From positions 1 through 64,000 of the IMG/VR virus record IMGVR_UViG_3300010389_000001: a stretch of DNA of 64,000 bases; one strand, given 5' to 3'. The first letter of the stretch is position 1, and every line of letters starts with the position of its first letter. Below are positions 39,725 to 50,252 of the stretch, in pieces. The position numbers and the translations under genes are program-made. Under the pieces are notes generated by a model. That model was not told where the DNA came from and did no database searches. It was given only the letters and a program-made list of their open reading frames with translations.

Positions 39725-40723
39725 ATGGACAAACAACTTACAACATTGGCAAAGGCTCTTGAATCTATTGGGTTTCGTAAAGAAGCAAGTAGAATTAGAA
39801 AACTGTCTTCCTTGGCCTCCGAAGAGGGCGGTTCACAAGATTATGGATGGCTTAACTATGGGATTACCGAAGAGATAAAGGCGAGAGTCGGAGAGGCCGC
39901 GTTCAACGAATTTATAAGATTAAACAGCGACAAGTTTAATGAGTGGTCGCCAAAGAGGTACTTGGGCTCTGGAAAAGTTGGAACTGCCTGGGAAATCGAA
40001 GGAAGATGGGGGAAGCGGGTCTTAAAGATATTTGATGCTGGCGCTTCTTTAAACGATTTTGAAAAATATAAAGCTATCCAAGATGGCTTATGGAGGGGTG
40101 AGGGGCATTCATCTATGCCAATGGTTTATGGTCTTGGCAAATTAAAGGTTCCTGCCCAGTTCTATAATATTAAATCTCCATCTGAGCATAACAGGCGTTA
40201 CCCCCAGTTAGCTTGGGTAATTATGGAAAGAGTGAATACGCCTCAGACAATCGCCGAAGATTATGTTGAACATAATCCCCATTTAATGAACAAAGATGAT
40301 GGTGATCATAAAATAAATAAAATTCCAATAGAAGATGTGCCTATTCCTCTGTGGAATTCTTACGAAAAAGATCCTTATGATTCTTTTTTGACTAAATTTG
40401 TTACTTATATGACTACCCATATAGTATGGGATATGGTCAAGACTTATGATAAGGCCGTAGCTCTCGCAAGAGCCGATGAGGAAGACCCTGAAGATCCCGA
40501 TGTTTTAGAAGAAATCAAATGGTCTATGGAGAAAGATATAGAGTGGAGCGAATCTTACGGAGAAGAATCTCTTGGAGCTTTTGAGACGGTGCTTGGGCTC
40601 AAGCAAGGATGGGAAGAGGAATGGGCCGAAGCTATTATAGCTAACCTAAAAGCGGAACGAGGAGATTTGCACGGATTGAACGTGGGGCTAAGAGGCGGGA
40701 AGCCGGTATTCTTTGATGGTTAA
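39725..40723 (+). CDS. Protein-kinase-like protein with leader
   Basis: LGSGKVGTAW, VLKIF, VIMERV, GDLHGLNV, FFDG. Confidence 0.75.
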   Translation: MDKQLTTLAKALESIGFRKEASRIRKLSSLASEEGGSQDYGWLNYGITEEIKARVGEAAFNEFIRLNSDKFNEWSPKRYLGSGKVGTAWEIEGRWGKRVLKIFDAGASLNDFEKYKAIQDGLWRGEGHSSMPMVYGLGKLKVPAQFYNIKSPSEHNRRYPQLAWVIMERVNTPQTIAEDYVEHNPHLMNKDDGDHKINKIPIEDVPIPLWNSYEKDPYDSFLTKFVTYMTTHIVWDMVKTYDKAVALARADEEDPEDPDVLEEIKWSMEKDIEWSESYGEESLGAFETVLGLKQGWEEEWAEAIIANLKAERGDLHGLNVGLRGGKPVFFDG

Positions 40724-40805
40724 GTAGTCGCTGATTATATTATCTTGAATATGCTAATTAATTTATATTCTATGTCATAGACGAAACTAGTAAAAGGAAA
40801 TCGAG

Positions 40806-41351
40806 ATGATCAAAGAATTAATTCATTTAGCTAATGCATTAGACTCAAGAGGTCTGCAGAAACAGGCTAATGCCCTGGACTCTATAATAAGAAAGGTTGC
40901 CGAAGAAGAGGGCGAAAGATTTATAAAGGATATGGCAAGACTAGGCGGCGCTCTTAAAGAGGAGAGTGAAGGTGGCTCTGTGGTCAACTGGTTTCTCAAT
41001 GGCGCCGATGCTCCATTTGGCGACGAAGAAGCGATGAGTGAGTATAAACTTAATAATCATATTGGAAAGGCAGAAAAAGATTCTGGCGACAACTGGACTG
41101 TAACTGTCTGGAATCCTGAGTTAGAGTATCCAGTCGAAAGAAGCTATTCTGGAGAAGAGGCCAAAACTTTGGCTGAAGTTGGAATGACTCAAGATATTTT
41201 AGAGATGGAACCACTAAAGATGGTTCCAGAAGGCTATGAGTTTTCTGACCAAGAAGTTCCTGCCTATGAATCCGGAAGTCTTGATTCGCCAGAAGAGGTG
41301 GAAGAGCCTGACTTGGGCGTTCCGCCTTACATTAGCGATTTAGGGCTATAA
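40806..41351 (+). CDS. Leader-family protein
   Basis: MIKELIHLANALDSRGLQKQANALDSIIRKVA. Confidence 0.8.
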   Translation: MIKELIHLANALDSRGLQKQANALDSIIRKVAEEEGERFIKDMARLGGALKEESEGGSVVNWFLNGADAPFGDEEAMSEYKLNNHIGKAEKDSGDNWTVTVWNPELEYPVERSYSGEEAKTLAEVGMTQDILEMEPLKMVPEGYEFSDQEVPAYESGSLDSPEEVEEPDLGVPPYISDLGL

Positions 41352-41353
41352 CT

Positions 41354-41899
41354 TTAGTAGCCTAGATCTTTTGCCAATTTATAAACATCATCTGGAGTTG
41401 GATCAAAACTAACTCCAATTAAGCCCAACCCCGTCTCTCTTGCGTATAAAGTAACCGCCCCAATCCTCTCAAGCCATCTGTTGAATTTTGCAATCTCCTC
41501 ATAGGTTGAAAGATCGGACAGACCATGAAGTCGTATAGACTTCTTTTCAGACGCCTCTATTGGATTGCTCTCTTTATCATATAATCTCTTTAATTTATCT
41601 GCGATTGTTTTAAGCTCTCCCTTAGGAACTTTGCTGGGATCTTTTATATAATATATCTCAGACCTCTCCATAAATATTGTTATGCCGTTCATAGGAATCC
41701 AGTCTCCCTCTTTATTTAAATGAGGTGTTCCGGTTCCGGTTGATCTATAAAAAACCTTTGGACTTCCATCTGACAGCCTTACTGCAAGTAATATTCTTCC
41801 TTCGTCGTCTGACCATATTTCGTCTGATGCAAGAAGAATATCTCCTATTTTTTTACCGCTATAAGGCTTAAATATATTTTTAAATTTGCTGAATATCAA
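41354..41899 (-). CDS. Hypothetical protein
   Basis: 181-aa ORF; FYRSTGTG...GDWIP. Confidence 0.6.
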   Translation of the reverse strand: MIFSKFKNIFKPYSGKKIGDILLASDEIWSDDEGRILLAVRLSDGSPKVFYRSTGTGTPHLNKEGDWIPMNGITIFMERSEIYYIKDPSKVPKGELKTIADKLKRLYDKESNPIEASEKKSIRLHGLSDLSTYEEIAKFNRWLERIGAVTLYARETGLGLIGVSFDPTPDDVYKLAKDLGY

Positions 41900-42012
41900 A
41901 ATAATTTACTTATCCAATAAAATAAAATATATTAGCAAATATAATGCTTATAATCAACTAATATTAAAGGAATAATGACCGGCAGATAAAATGCCTCCTG
42001 GAGAATAAAGAA

Positions 42013-42327
42013 ATGATTAAAGAATTAGTTAAACTGGCAAATCACCTTGATGCAAAAGGATTAAAGAAAGAGGCTGACTTTTTGGACTCCGTTATAGAGA
42101 AGGCCGCCCAAGCAATGGCTGAGCCGAAGAAGGTTCAATACAAAGTATGCCCTGGTGAATCATGGTCCAGCATATGGGAAGATGCAACAAGGGGCACGGG
42201 CAAGTCTGTCGAGGATAACGTAGCTCTCAATGAAGGTATGGATCTAAGTACGGTACTACAGCCTGGTGATATGCTGACTGTATGGGCAAGACCGGAAGTC
42301 GAGGATACTGCTCAGAAGAGGTGCTAA
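42013..42327 (+). CDS. Leader-family protein with LysM domain
   Basis: Leader plus YKVCPGESWSSI...ALN...LQPGDMLTV. Confidence 0.8.
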   Translation: MIKELVKLANHLDAKGLKKEADFLDSVIEKAAQAMAEPKKVQYKVCPGESWSSIWEDATRGTGKSVEDNVALNEGMDLSTVLQPGDMLTVWARPEVEDTAQKRC

Positions 42328-42354
42328 AAAAATTATTAATGTAGAGAGGAAGTT

Positions 42355-42792
42355 ATGTCTTTAGTTTTGTTTTTATTTGGTCACGTCTTATCGTCACTCC
42401 TGGTTTATCTTAATCATAGATTTGTTTTGCATGGCAAACTTGGAAAGCTACCTCTTCTAAAAGATTTTAGGCAGTTGCATATCGCTCACCACAGACATGC
42501 TTATGATGACGAAAGGAATCTTCACTTTGAGCCTCTATGGCTCACTGGCTCGTTATTCTTTATAATAGGAGGAATAGGTATTCTTGTCAATGGGTATCTG
42601 GCACTTGGCATGGCTTCCTTTGCTGGACTATATGCCTACAGACATAAGAGAATCCACAATAAAGATGAGTCCTCCTACTTCTCCAAGCACCATAGATATC
42701 ACCATACCAGAAACGGCAGAGTGAATTTTTCTGGAATTTACCCTTGGATAGACAAACTGTTTGGAACCTTTGTAGACTCTAGTTGCCTGTAA
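42355..42792 (+). CDS. Fatty acid hydroxylase/sterol desaturase-family membrane protein
   Basis: His boxes HRFVLH, HIAHH, HKRIH, HRYHH; NFSG...DKLFGT. Confidence 0.85.
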   Translation: MSLVLFLFGHVLSSLLVYLNHRFVLHGKLGKLPLLKDFRQLHIAHHRHAYDDERNLHFEPLWLTGSLFFIIGGIGILVNGYLALGMASFAGLYAYRHKRIHNKDESSYFSKHHRYHHTRNGRVNFSGIYPWIDKLFGTFVDSSCL

Positions 42793-43526
42793 CCCTTGTT
42801 AAGTATATATAGCTCACGAAAAATTATCTGTCAATTTTTTTTAAAACAAAATGGCTGTGCTATCAATAAAAAGAGATAAGATAAGAGCTTCACACATGTC
42901 ATATGAGCATAAATTTAGAATAACTATTGACTGGCTAAATCGGGTTGGCCTCACCAAAGAGGCGTCCGATTTGACAGCACTCATGCTGGATTGTCGGAAC
43001 CACTCCGAGTTGCTGGAGAAAATAAGATCCCTAAAGATTGAGCGAGCCAGAATGGCGATGCTAAATCGAGCTATGTTGAATAAGGCTTGCTGAAAGCCGT
43101 GAACTCTATTGTTATGATTGCGGCTTTATGGAGCTTATGAATAATTTTAAAGGTTCTGTTGCCCATCGTGGTGGGGCTGGTTACCCTGATGTGGGGCAAG
43201 GTTTTCCTGCCCCCATTCGATATTCTTAAAAAGTAAAGGGAAATTTCGGCCGCATTATTTGCTGCAACAAATAATATCGCAAGCTAATTATTTCTTGATA
43301 GCTGAGAGCGAAGCATGGCCAACTTAAAAAATTTCATAAAGTCCTTGGCGAAATCAAACCTGTCTTTCTTAGCCGGCCTGATATACGGCTCGATTGTAGT
43401 TGCGATTACTTCCTATATAATCCTGGGTCCGGTAGCTTTGGATGAAGAGAATCTATCAGATGTGGATAGATTAAAAGAATGCATCTTTGAAGATGGCGAG
43501 TGATTTGGTAGAATATTCTTTATAAT

Positions 43527-43610
43527 GCTAGGGTGGCCGAGAGGTTGAAGGCACTAGATTTGTAATCTAGTTAGGAGACTACATCGCAGGTTCGAATCCT
43601 GTCCCTAGCT
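43527..43610 (+). tRNA. tRNA-Thr (UGU) with long variable arm
   Basis: GCTAGGG/CCCTAGC acceptor; CTAGA-TTTGTAA-TCTAG; ~15-nt variable region. Confidence 0.8.
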
Positions 43611-44418
43611 CTTTTTAAAACACTAAAGCTTGGTTGCTGTAATGCTCGATAAAGTTAATTGCAGAGAGTGCGGCGAAGAATACAATCCAAAGAGAGCGGC
43701 TCTTGGATACGCCACCTGCCTTAGTTGCGGTGATGCTAGCGCAAGAGAATTGGCAAGGCATCGCTCTCGCTGTTCTGCTCCAGCTTTCAATAAGGGTGCC
43801 TACCAACCTGTTATGAGCAAAGATGACGCAAAGTGGGTAGGGAAGTGACCGCAATAGATAAAGATCCAAATATTGCGTTGATGCAACTTGATAAAATAGA
43901 AGAAAAGATCAATATTCAGAAGAAATTGATTTCTTCTATAAGAAGCCAAATCCTACTTAAAAGAGATTTCGGTGTTTGCGTAAGCCAGATCGCTGGGCAG
44001 AAAAGAATGTTTAAAAAACAAATTGGATCTAGAAACTTATCTAAAACTGGATATGCCTTAATTCTTTTGAAGTGCGGAAAAGAAGTGAGGGTTCCAGATA
44101 GCCTGTTGGAATGGAATAATGAGTGAATCAACAAAGGAAATGATCGGCCTTATGCTAATGTCCTTTATGCTTTATTCTTTTAGCTTTGCTTATTTGTATT
44201 TTTACTGAGTGATCTATGGATATTGTCGGCGTTAAATTTAGGTTGCCTGGCATTTGGAGAATTAGAGATTTAGATATTCCGGTTACTATAGTTCAATATC
44301 TAGGCCCGAAAGACGGCGAAGACTGGTTTCTAATAGAATCAAAAGACGGCGAAGTTACTGGAGCACCAGCATCACAGTTGTTTGTAGATAAGTTTCCTCT
44401 ATCGGGAATAGAAAGCAA

Positions 44419-44901
44419 ATGCTAACCTTAGAGTCACTAAATCCAGATAAGCCTCTCTCTGTTTTTCTTGCGATTGGATTTTCAGAGAAGGCACTCCCGG
44501 TTTGGGAAAAAGAATATCCGAAGGATATGAGGCCGAGAAAAGCAATCGAAGCAGCTAAGGAATGGCTAAGCAATCCCTCTGCTGCTGCTGCTGCTGCTGC
44601 TAGGGCTGCTTATGCTGCTGCTTATGCTGCTGCTTCTGCTGCTGCTAATGATGCTGCTTATGCTGCTTATGCTGCTGCTAGGGCTGCTTCTGCTGCTGCT
44701 TATGCTGCTGTTTATGCTGCTAGGGCTTTAAAGGCAGATAAGGAAAGCTTAATCCACGAAGTAATCTTAGAAAACCTAGATTGGATTCTGCAATATAAGA
44801 TTGAGAATGGACAGAGTTTTGGAGATCCAGAGTTAATTTTTGATTACTTAACCGAAGAACAAAAGCAAAGATTTCTGTTTAATTTAGATGCGGTGGCCTA
44901 A
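44419..44901 (+). CDS. Imm5-like protein with Ala-rich repeat, paralog 2
   Basis: Flanks near-identical to 32379-32912, different repeat tract. Confidence 0.75.
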   Translation: MLTLESLNPDKPLSVFLAIGFSEKALPVWEKEYPKDMRPRKAIEAAKEWLSNPSAAAAAAARAAYAAAYAAASAAANDAAYAAYAAARAASAAAYAAVYAARALKADKESLIHEVILENLDWILQYKIENGQSFGDPELIFDYLTEEQKQRFLFNLDAVA

Positions 44902-45501
44902 AGGGGGCGGAGGAGATATGTCCGGAATATATGATTCTAATGGCAATCTGATTATTGAAAGAAAATCTGTAACGATAAAGCTATCTGATGATGAGGCAGA
45001 GGAGTTATTGGTTGGTCTTGCGACTAATGTAGCCAGACTTCATAGGCTGGGAAGATATAAGTGGTCTCAAGGCATTAGTGAATCTATTGGCTATGGGAAA
45101 AGGCTATCTAGAATATTTGAAGAAGCATGTGACGCAGACCCCCTGTGGTTTGAGGGAATTATTAAAACAATAGACAACAGGGAATTATCCGGAAAAAAAT
45201 CTTTATTTTCCACATATAATATTTAATTTAAAATGAAAGACTTTAAGATTAAAGAAATTGTTGTTGTAAAACAAAAGGCTTCTGATTCAGGCTGGCCTCG
45301 TCCGCCTAAATATTATCTTGATGAAGAGTCTGCAAAAGATGCCGGCGAGACAAGCTGGGAGAAGGTTGCCGTTCTTTACTGGAAAGATGGATTTAGAGAA
45401 AGGTTTTTTACTCTCACGGAATTGATAGAAAAAGTAAAGCATTAATTTGGTCTTCTGTTTAATTCTATTAATTTATAGAAGTATATTGATTGGAACAATC
45501 T

Positions 45502-45573
45502 GGGGTTATGGTGAAACTGGGATCACGCTAGCCTTGCAAGCTGGAATTCAGGGTTCGAGTCCCTGTAACTCCA
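45502..45573 (+). tRNA. tRNA-Ala (UGC)
   Basis: G3:U70 pair; CTAGC-CTTGCAA-GCTGG. Confidence 0.85.
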
Positions 45574-46230
45574 TATTGTTCCAATATTAACCGCCTTGTG
45601 CAAGATAATGGTTTTCTTGCAGGCAGGTTGCCGCCAGGTTTTAGCTGGCTTTAAGCCTAACCCATAGATGCCTATTTACCTTTTGTGGACAGGATAATAA
45701 TCGTGCCTATCCTGTAAAAAAGGTGAACCGCTATAATGTGTGGCAACCTGGGAGGCTTGCATGGTTTTTCACCTTTCCATCAAAAGCCTGTTTGCTTTAT
45801 TTATTTTCGCGAGGTGAAACCTCTTGATCTCAGTCGAGGGTTAGTAACCGCATCGTAGGGTGGACTGCATGAGTTTGGTGACCAAAAAATATCAAACAGA
45901 GTGTGCAGGAGATTTTGTGCTTTCTGAAAAAGAAGCAGAGCATTTTCGTAGATTTAGCGCAGAGAACTACATTCTGCAATCAAACTTTGGTCTGATTCCA
46001 TTTGATCTATGGCACGAGAAAACGAAGAACAAAGAAGACCCGTTTGATGGAATGCCTGAAGAAGAGGCTCTTGCTGCCAGAAGAAAGTTTAGGAAGCTAA
46101 AAAAAATATTGGCAGCTATTCACGAGGTTCCATATAAAAGAGTATCATTCTCTGGGGTTCTTAGAAATTTTTGGATTTCTCGCACGAACTCTTACTTGAG
46201 AGATAAAGCGGGTCTATAAGAAGTTAATTA

Positions 46231-46307
46231 GCGGAAGTATCCCCTCGGCCTCCTAAGCTGTTGAAAGGGTAACTGGACACATGCGGGTTCGACTCCCGCC
46301 TTCCGCA
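46231..46307 (+). tRNA. Non-canonical tRNA-Arg(CCU)-like RNA lacking a D arm
   Basis: Perfect GCGGAAG/CTTCCGC acceptor, GCGGG-TTCGACT-CCCGC T arm, CGGC-CTCCTAA-GCTG arm; only ~8 nt between acceptor and anticodon arm. Confidence 0.6.
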
Positions 46308-46597
46308 CTCTAAAACAATAGAAGAAAACTAAAAGCATTGGAGCATAAAATGAAGGTGAGTATAGGCGCTAAGCTTTATTTGAGTAAGCTTGGGGCTTAC
46401 GGGTTTCACTATCCTAATAACGAGAAGCCTTTAACGGTAACAGCTACCTTCTCTGCAAAGGAGGTTTCCTGGGTCGGAAGTAAGTTTTACTCTGCCATTA
46501 TACCGGATGATCAGGCGACTGCTGTGGATTCAGATGGTAACTTTTATCGAATCAACTACCCGGTCTGGGTTGAAAATTCGTAAAATCTAAATTGATC

Positions 46598-47167
46598 ATG
46601 CTGACGTTAAACGCCATACTGCCTGATGCGAAGCTATCCACCTTTCTTGCAATAGAGTTTGCGAAAGAGGCTCTGCCAATCTGGGAGGGGGCGAACAAGC
46701 ATGACGATAGGCCTCAAAGATCGCTGGATACTGTAAGCGAAATTTATGGAGACTTATCCGCCGCTGGAGGCTACGATAGAGCTTATGATGCATACAACTC
46801 AGCGGTACAGGCAACTTTTTCCGCCAAGTCTAAGGCCTCACTATCCAGTGCATATTCAGTAGCTTATGCTGCTTATACTGCGGCACATGCTGCCGCCCAT
46901 GAGCGAGATAAGCTTTTCGGCAGCACAAACGTTAATGCTAGATATAATCTTTCAATAAACTTGAGAACTTCCGCAGATTTTGCATCAGAAGCATTATTTG
47001 AAGTTAGCTATAAGTTTGTAGATAGGATAATAAAAAAAAGCTTAGACCATATTCTTGATTATAATATTGCTAATTCAAGAGGCTTTGGTGATTCAGAAAA
47101 AGTTCTTGAATCATTAAGCGATTTGCAGAAAGAAAAGTTCTTATTCAATATCGAGGTGCTAAGATGA
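46598..47167 (+). CDS. Imm5-like protein, divergent paralog 3
   Basis: MLTLN..., DDRPQRSL, C-terminal FLFNIE. Confidence 0.65.
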   Translation: MLTLNAILPDAKLSTFLAIEFAKEALPIWEGANKHDDRPQRSLDTVSEIYGDLSAAGGYDRAYDAYNSAVQATFSAKSKASLSSAYSVAYAAYTAAHAAAHERDKLFGSTNVNARYNLSINLRTSADFASEALFEVSYKFVDRIIKKSLDHILDYNIANSRGFGDSEKVLESLSDLQKEKFLFNIEVLR

Positions 47168-47307
47168 AATTCAATTATTATTGTCGCCATTGTGGTTGTG
47201 GATCTCACGGACCCCTTTGGTTTTTCGGAAGATGCCCAAAGTGCGGAGCGTCTACTTTGCCGAAGGAATGGCTGGATAGCTTAGAATCTTAGAGCTGGTG
47301 ATGTAAG

Positions 47308-48588
47308 ATGATTTTTAGATATGTTGACTTGGACGAAGGGGCAGAAATCGCTCTGTCAGCAAGAGTGGTTGGTTTCCGCAGAATGGGCAATGTCTCGTTC
47401 GGGCATATACAAGATGCTACAGGAAGAATTCAGTTTTGTATAAAGAAGAACTCTCTGCATAGTCCGTCTGAATACAAAGAGCTTGTAAAGTCTATAACAA
47501 ATGGCTGCTTCCTCTCCTTGGAGGGAAACATATGGTTTTCAAAGACTGGCGAGAAGACGGTCCTTGTAACCTCTGGAGCTATGCTTTCTAGGCCGGTTAC
47601 ACCAATGCCCTCTAAGTTCTATGGCATAGCGGACGAAGAGAGCCTAATTAGAAAGCGATACCTTCACACGGCGCTAGATGCTGATGCGGCATCGACCTTT
47701 CTTATCCGGTCAAAGGTAATAAGTATTATAAGAGAGTTCTTAACTTCGTCGGACTTTCTTGAGGTCGAGACTCCAATCTTATCTGCTCAGGCATCTGGAG
47801 CTATTGCCAGGCCCTTCATAACTCATCACAATGCATTGGATAAGGATTTTTACCTAAGGATTGCGCCAGAGACTTATCTAAAGATGATGACTGCAGGAGG
47901 ATTCAATAAAGTATTTGAGATTGGCAAGTCCTTTAGAAATGAAGGATTAGATCGGTCTCACGTTCAAGAGTTTACTTCTCTTGAGTGGTATTATGCTTTT
48001 GCTGATTACCAAAAGAATAAGCATTTATTTTCATCACTTATAGGCAGAGTGTTGAATGTCCTAGGTTTCGACGGAGGCTTAGTTCAGCGTGGCGACGTAA
48101 AGCTGGATTTTTCAAATATAGAAACGAAGAAGTATAGGGAATTGTTTGAGGAGTATGGTCTAAATGGCCCGGACTCCTATTCTTCGCAGGAAGCAGATGA
48201 TTTGTTCAAGAAGGTTATTAGGCCGAACATTATACAGCCTCTTTTTGTTGAAGATTATCCGGCTCATATGTCGCCTATGGCTGCAAGAAAGCCTAATGAT
48301 GAATCAACGGTAGAGCAGTGGCAGCTAATAGTGGACGGCTGGGAAATAGCCAAGTGTTATACCGAGCTTATTGATCCAGTCCTGCAGAGAAAACTCCTCG
48401 AAGATCAAATGCAACAAAGGGCCGAAGGAGATGAGGAGGCTATGATGATTGACGAAGCCTTCCTTGAGGCAATGGAATATGGTATGCCTCCACAGTCTGG
48501 TCTGGGCCTTGGCATAGATAGATTAGTTTGCTTGCTTGCAGATAAGCAAACCCTTAGGGATGTTATATATTTTCCGCTAACTAGGTGA
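47308..48588 (+). CDS. lysS: Class II lysyl-tRNA synthetase
   Basis: OB fold; FLEVETPIL, YLRIAPETYLK, FRNEG, YGMPPQSGLGLGIDRL. Confidence 0.93.
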   Translation: MIFRYVDLDEGAEIALSARVVGFRRMGNVSFGHIQDATGRIQFCIKKNSLHSPSEYKELVKSITNGCFLSLEGNIWFSKTGEKTVLVTSGAMLSRPVTPMPSKFYGIADEESLIRKRYLHTALDADAASTFLIRSKVISIIREFLTSSDFLEVETPILSAQASGAIARPFITHHNALDKDFYLRIAPETYLKMMTAGGFNKVFEIGKSFRNEGLDRSHVQEFTSLEWYYAFADYQKNKHLFSSLIGRVLNVLGFDGGLVQRGDVKLDFSNIETKKYRELFEEYGLNGPDSYSSQEADDLFKKVIRPNIIQPLFVEDYPAHMSPMAARKPNDESTVEQWQLIVDGWEIAKCYTELIDPVLQRKLLEDQMQQRAEGDEEAMMIDEAFLEAMEYGMPPQSGLGLGIDRLVCLLADKQTLRDVIYFPLTR

Positions 48589-48817
48589 TCGTTTTGAAAA
48601 ATGAAGATTTGCATAATATCGGAATCGTTTTAAATAAAGATAAAATTACGTTGTGCAATGATATGGGCGTTCCAGATTATCTCGGGATTGCCCTTAGCTG
48701 GCTTAATTTATCCAATGAAACTGGAGAAAAGGTTGCCAAAAGAAATTACCAATATTATATTGGTGTCGCCGAAGAATTTGGAATGTGCGAACGAGTAGGA
48801 TCTCCAGCCATTAAGGA

Positions 48818-49372
48818 GTGATTGTGAAGCATAAAGAAATAGAATATAAGTATTGGGCAGGCGAGTTATCTAAAGAGGATTTCCTTTTTCGATTAAAGTC
48901 GATAGACGAAATAGATGTTCCAGAGGCCCTTTACGTTGTATCATGTGATGATTATTATATTAAGAAATGCGAAGATCATGCTGACTTTATTAGATTTAGA
49001 AAGGGCGGCAGTGTTTATGAGCTGACAATAAAGGTCAAAGAGGATAAAAATGTTGTAAGAAAAGAGGTGAATCTAAACGTAACAGATAACGATGATTCTT
49101 CGGTAGTGGAGTTCATAAAGCTAACTGGATATAAGAAGGAATTTCAAGTCTATAAGGAAGCTTGGATCTGGCACTTTGAAGACTGCGATGTTTCGTATTA
49201 CACGCTATCCGATGGAAGAAGTGTGGTTGAACTTGAGGCGGTCAGACCAAATACGGTAGAGGATGGGGTAAGGGCAATCTCGTGGTGGGAAAAGTCTCTA
49301 AACCTATCTTCTCTCCAGAAGGAATCCCGATCGCTGTACGAAATCTTTACTGAAGAAAGATCCGTAGAGTAG
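48818..49372 (+). CDS. CYTH-domain (triphosphate tunnel) protein
   Basis: EIEYKY, RFRK, ELTIK, RKEVNL, VELE. Confidence 0.75.
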   Translation: MIVKHKEIEYKYWAGELSKEDFLFRLKSIDEIDVPEALYVVSCDDYYIKKCEDHADFIRFRKGGSVYELTIKVKEDKNVVRKEVNLNVTDNDDSSVVEFIKLTGYKKEFQVYKEAWIWHFEDCDVSYYTLSDGRSVVELEAVRPNTVEDGVRAISWWEKSLNLSSLQKESRSLYEIFTEERSVE

Positions 49373-50252
49373 AGGCGGTAGTAGGCTTTGCGGCTGGGAA
49401 GAAAGGCAGATTTCCTTGTCAATATTAAAAATATTGCATCTTATCCCAGGCGGGTTACGGTCTAGTGCAGGAGTAGTTCTTACAATGATGCTTGCATTCT
49501 GCGAGGCGCCACATGGCTCCTATGAAGAGGTTATCTGCGTAGCCAGAAAGAGGCTAGATTCAATGGATGATAGCCTTTTGAGAGATGCCGTAGCAGATGG
49601 ACTACTCGATGATGATTACTCAAAATATGAGCTTAAGGAGTCAGATCTATACAATCTGGACAACCCTTTGGCCATGTATCTGAGAGCCCAAGTAATGGAG
49701 GCTGTAGATATTGTTCTTATATCAATGGATACAAGCCTGCATGTTACCACCAGAATTCTAGATAATAAAAGCTGGGCATTTACTGGCGGGCAAACTCTTG
49801 AGGAATTTCCCTCTGATATATTTAGAAATATACTGATAATAGAGTACTTTAACTTATTCAGGGACATGGGCTCTAAGGACTTTGATTATGAAGATTGCAA
49901 TTCCTGGTAATCAGTGGTTCCTAAAAATTATTCAATAAACCAATACCCAAGGGAGGTTTTCCTTGGGCATTGGTGTTTGTGGGTGTTGCGGTGAGCATTG
50001 TAAACGGCGTCATTATCTTTCTGCTTGGACTAGTGATCGGTATTTATTCCGGGTATAGGATTGCAGGCTTTTTTGCGGTACTAGCCATGCAGACTTTCGA
50101 TTTCAAAAAGATGAAGTGGGAAGAGAGCATCTTTGCTTATCGCCCAAAAAGATTCTCTGATAATCTAAGGCCGGGAGATGTAATTTCATTTACGCTAACA
50201 CCGGACCTTGCAAATATATTTAATGGCATTGCAAGGTTAAAGGAAAAGAATA

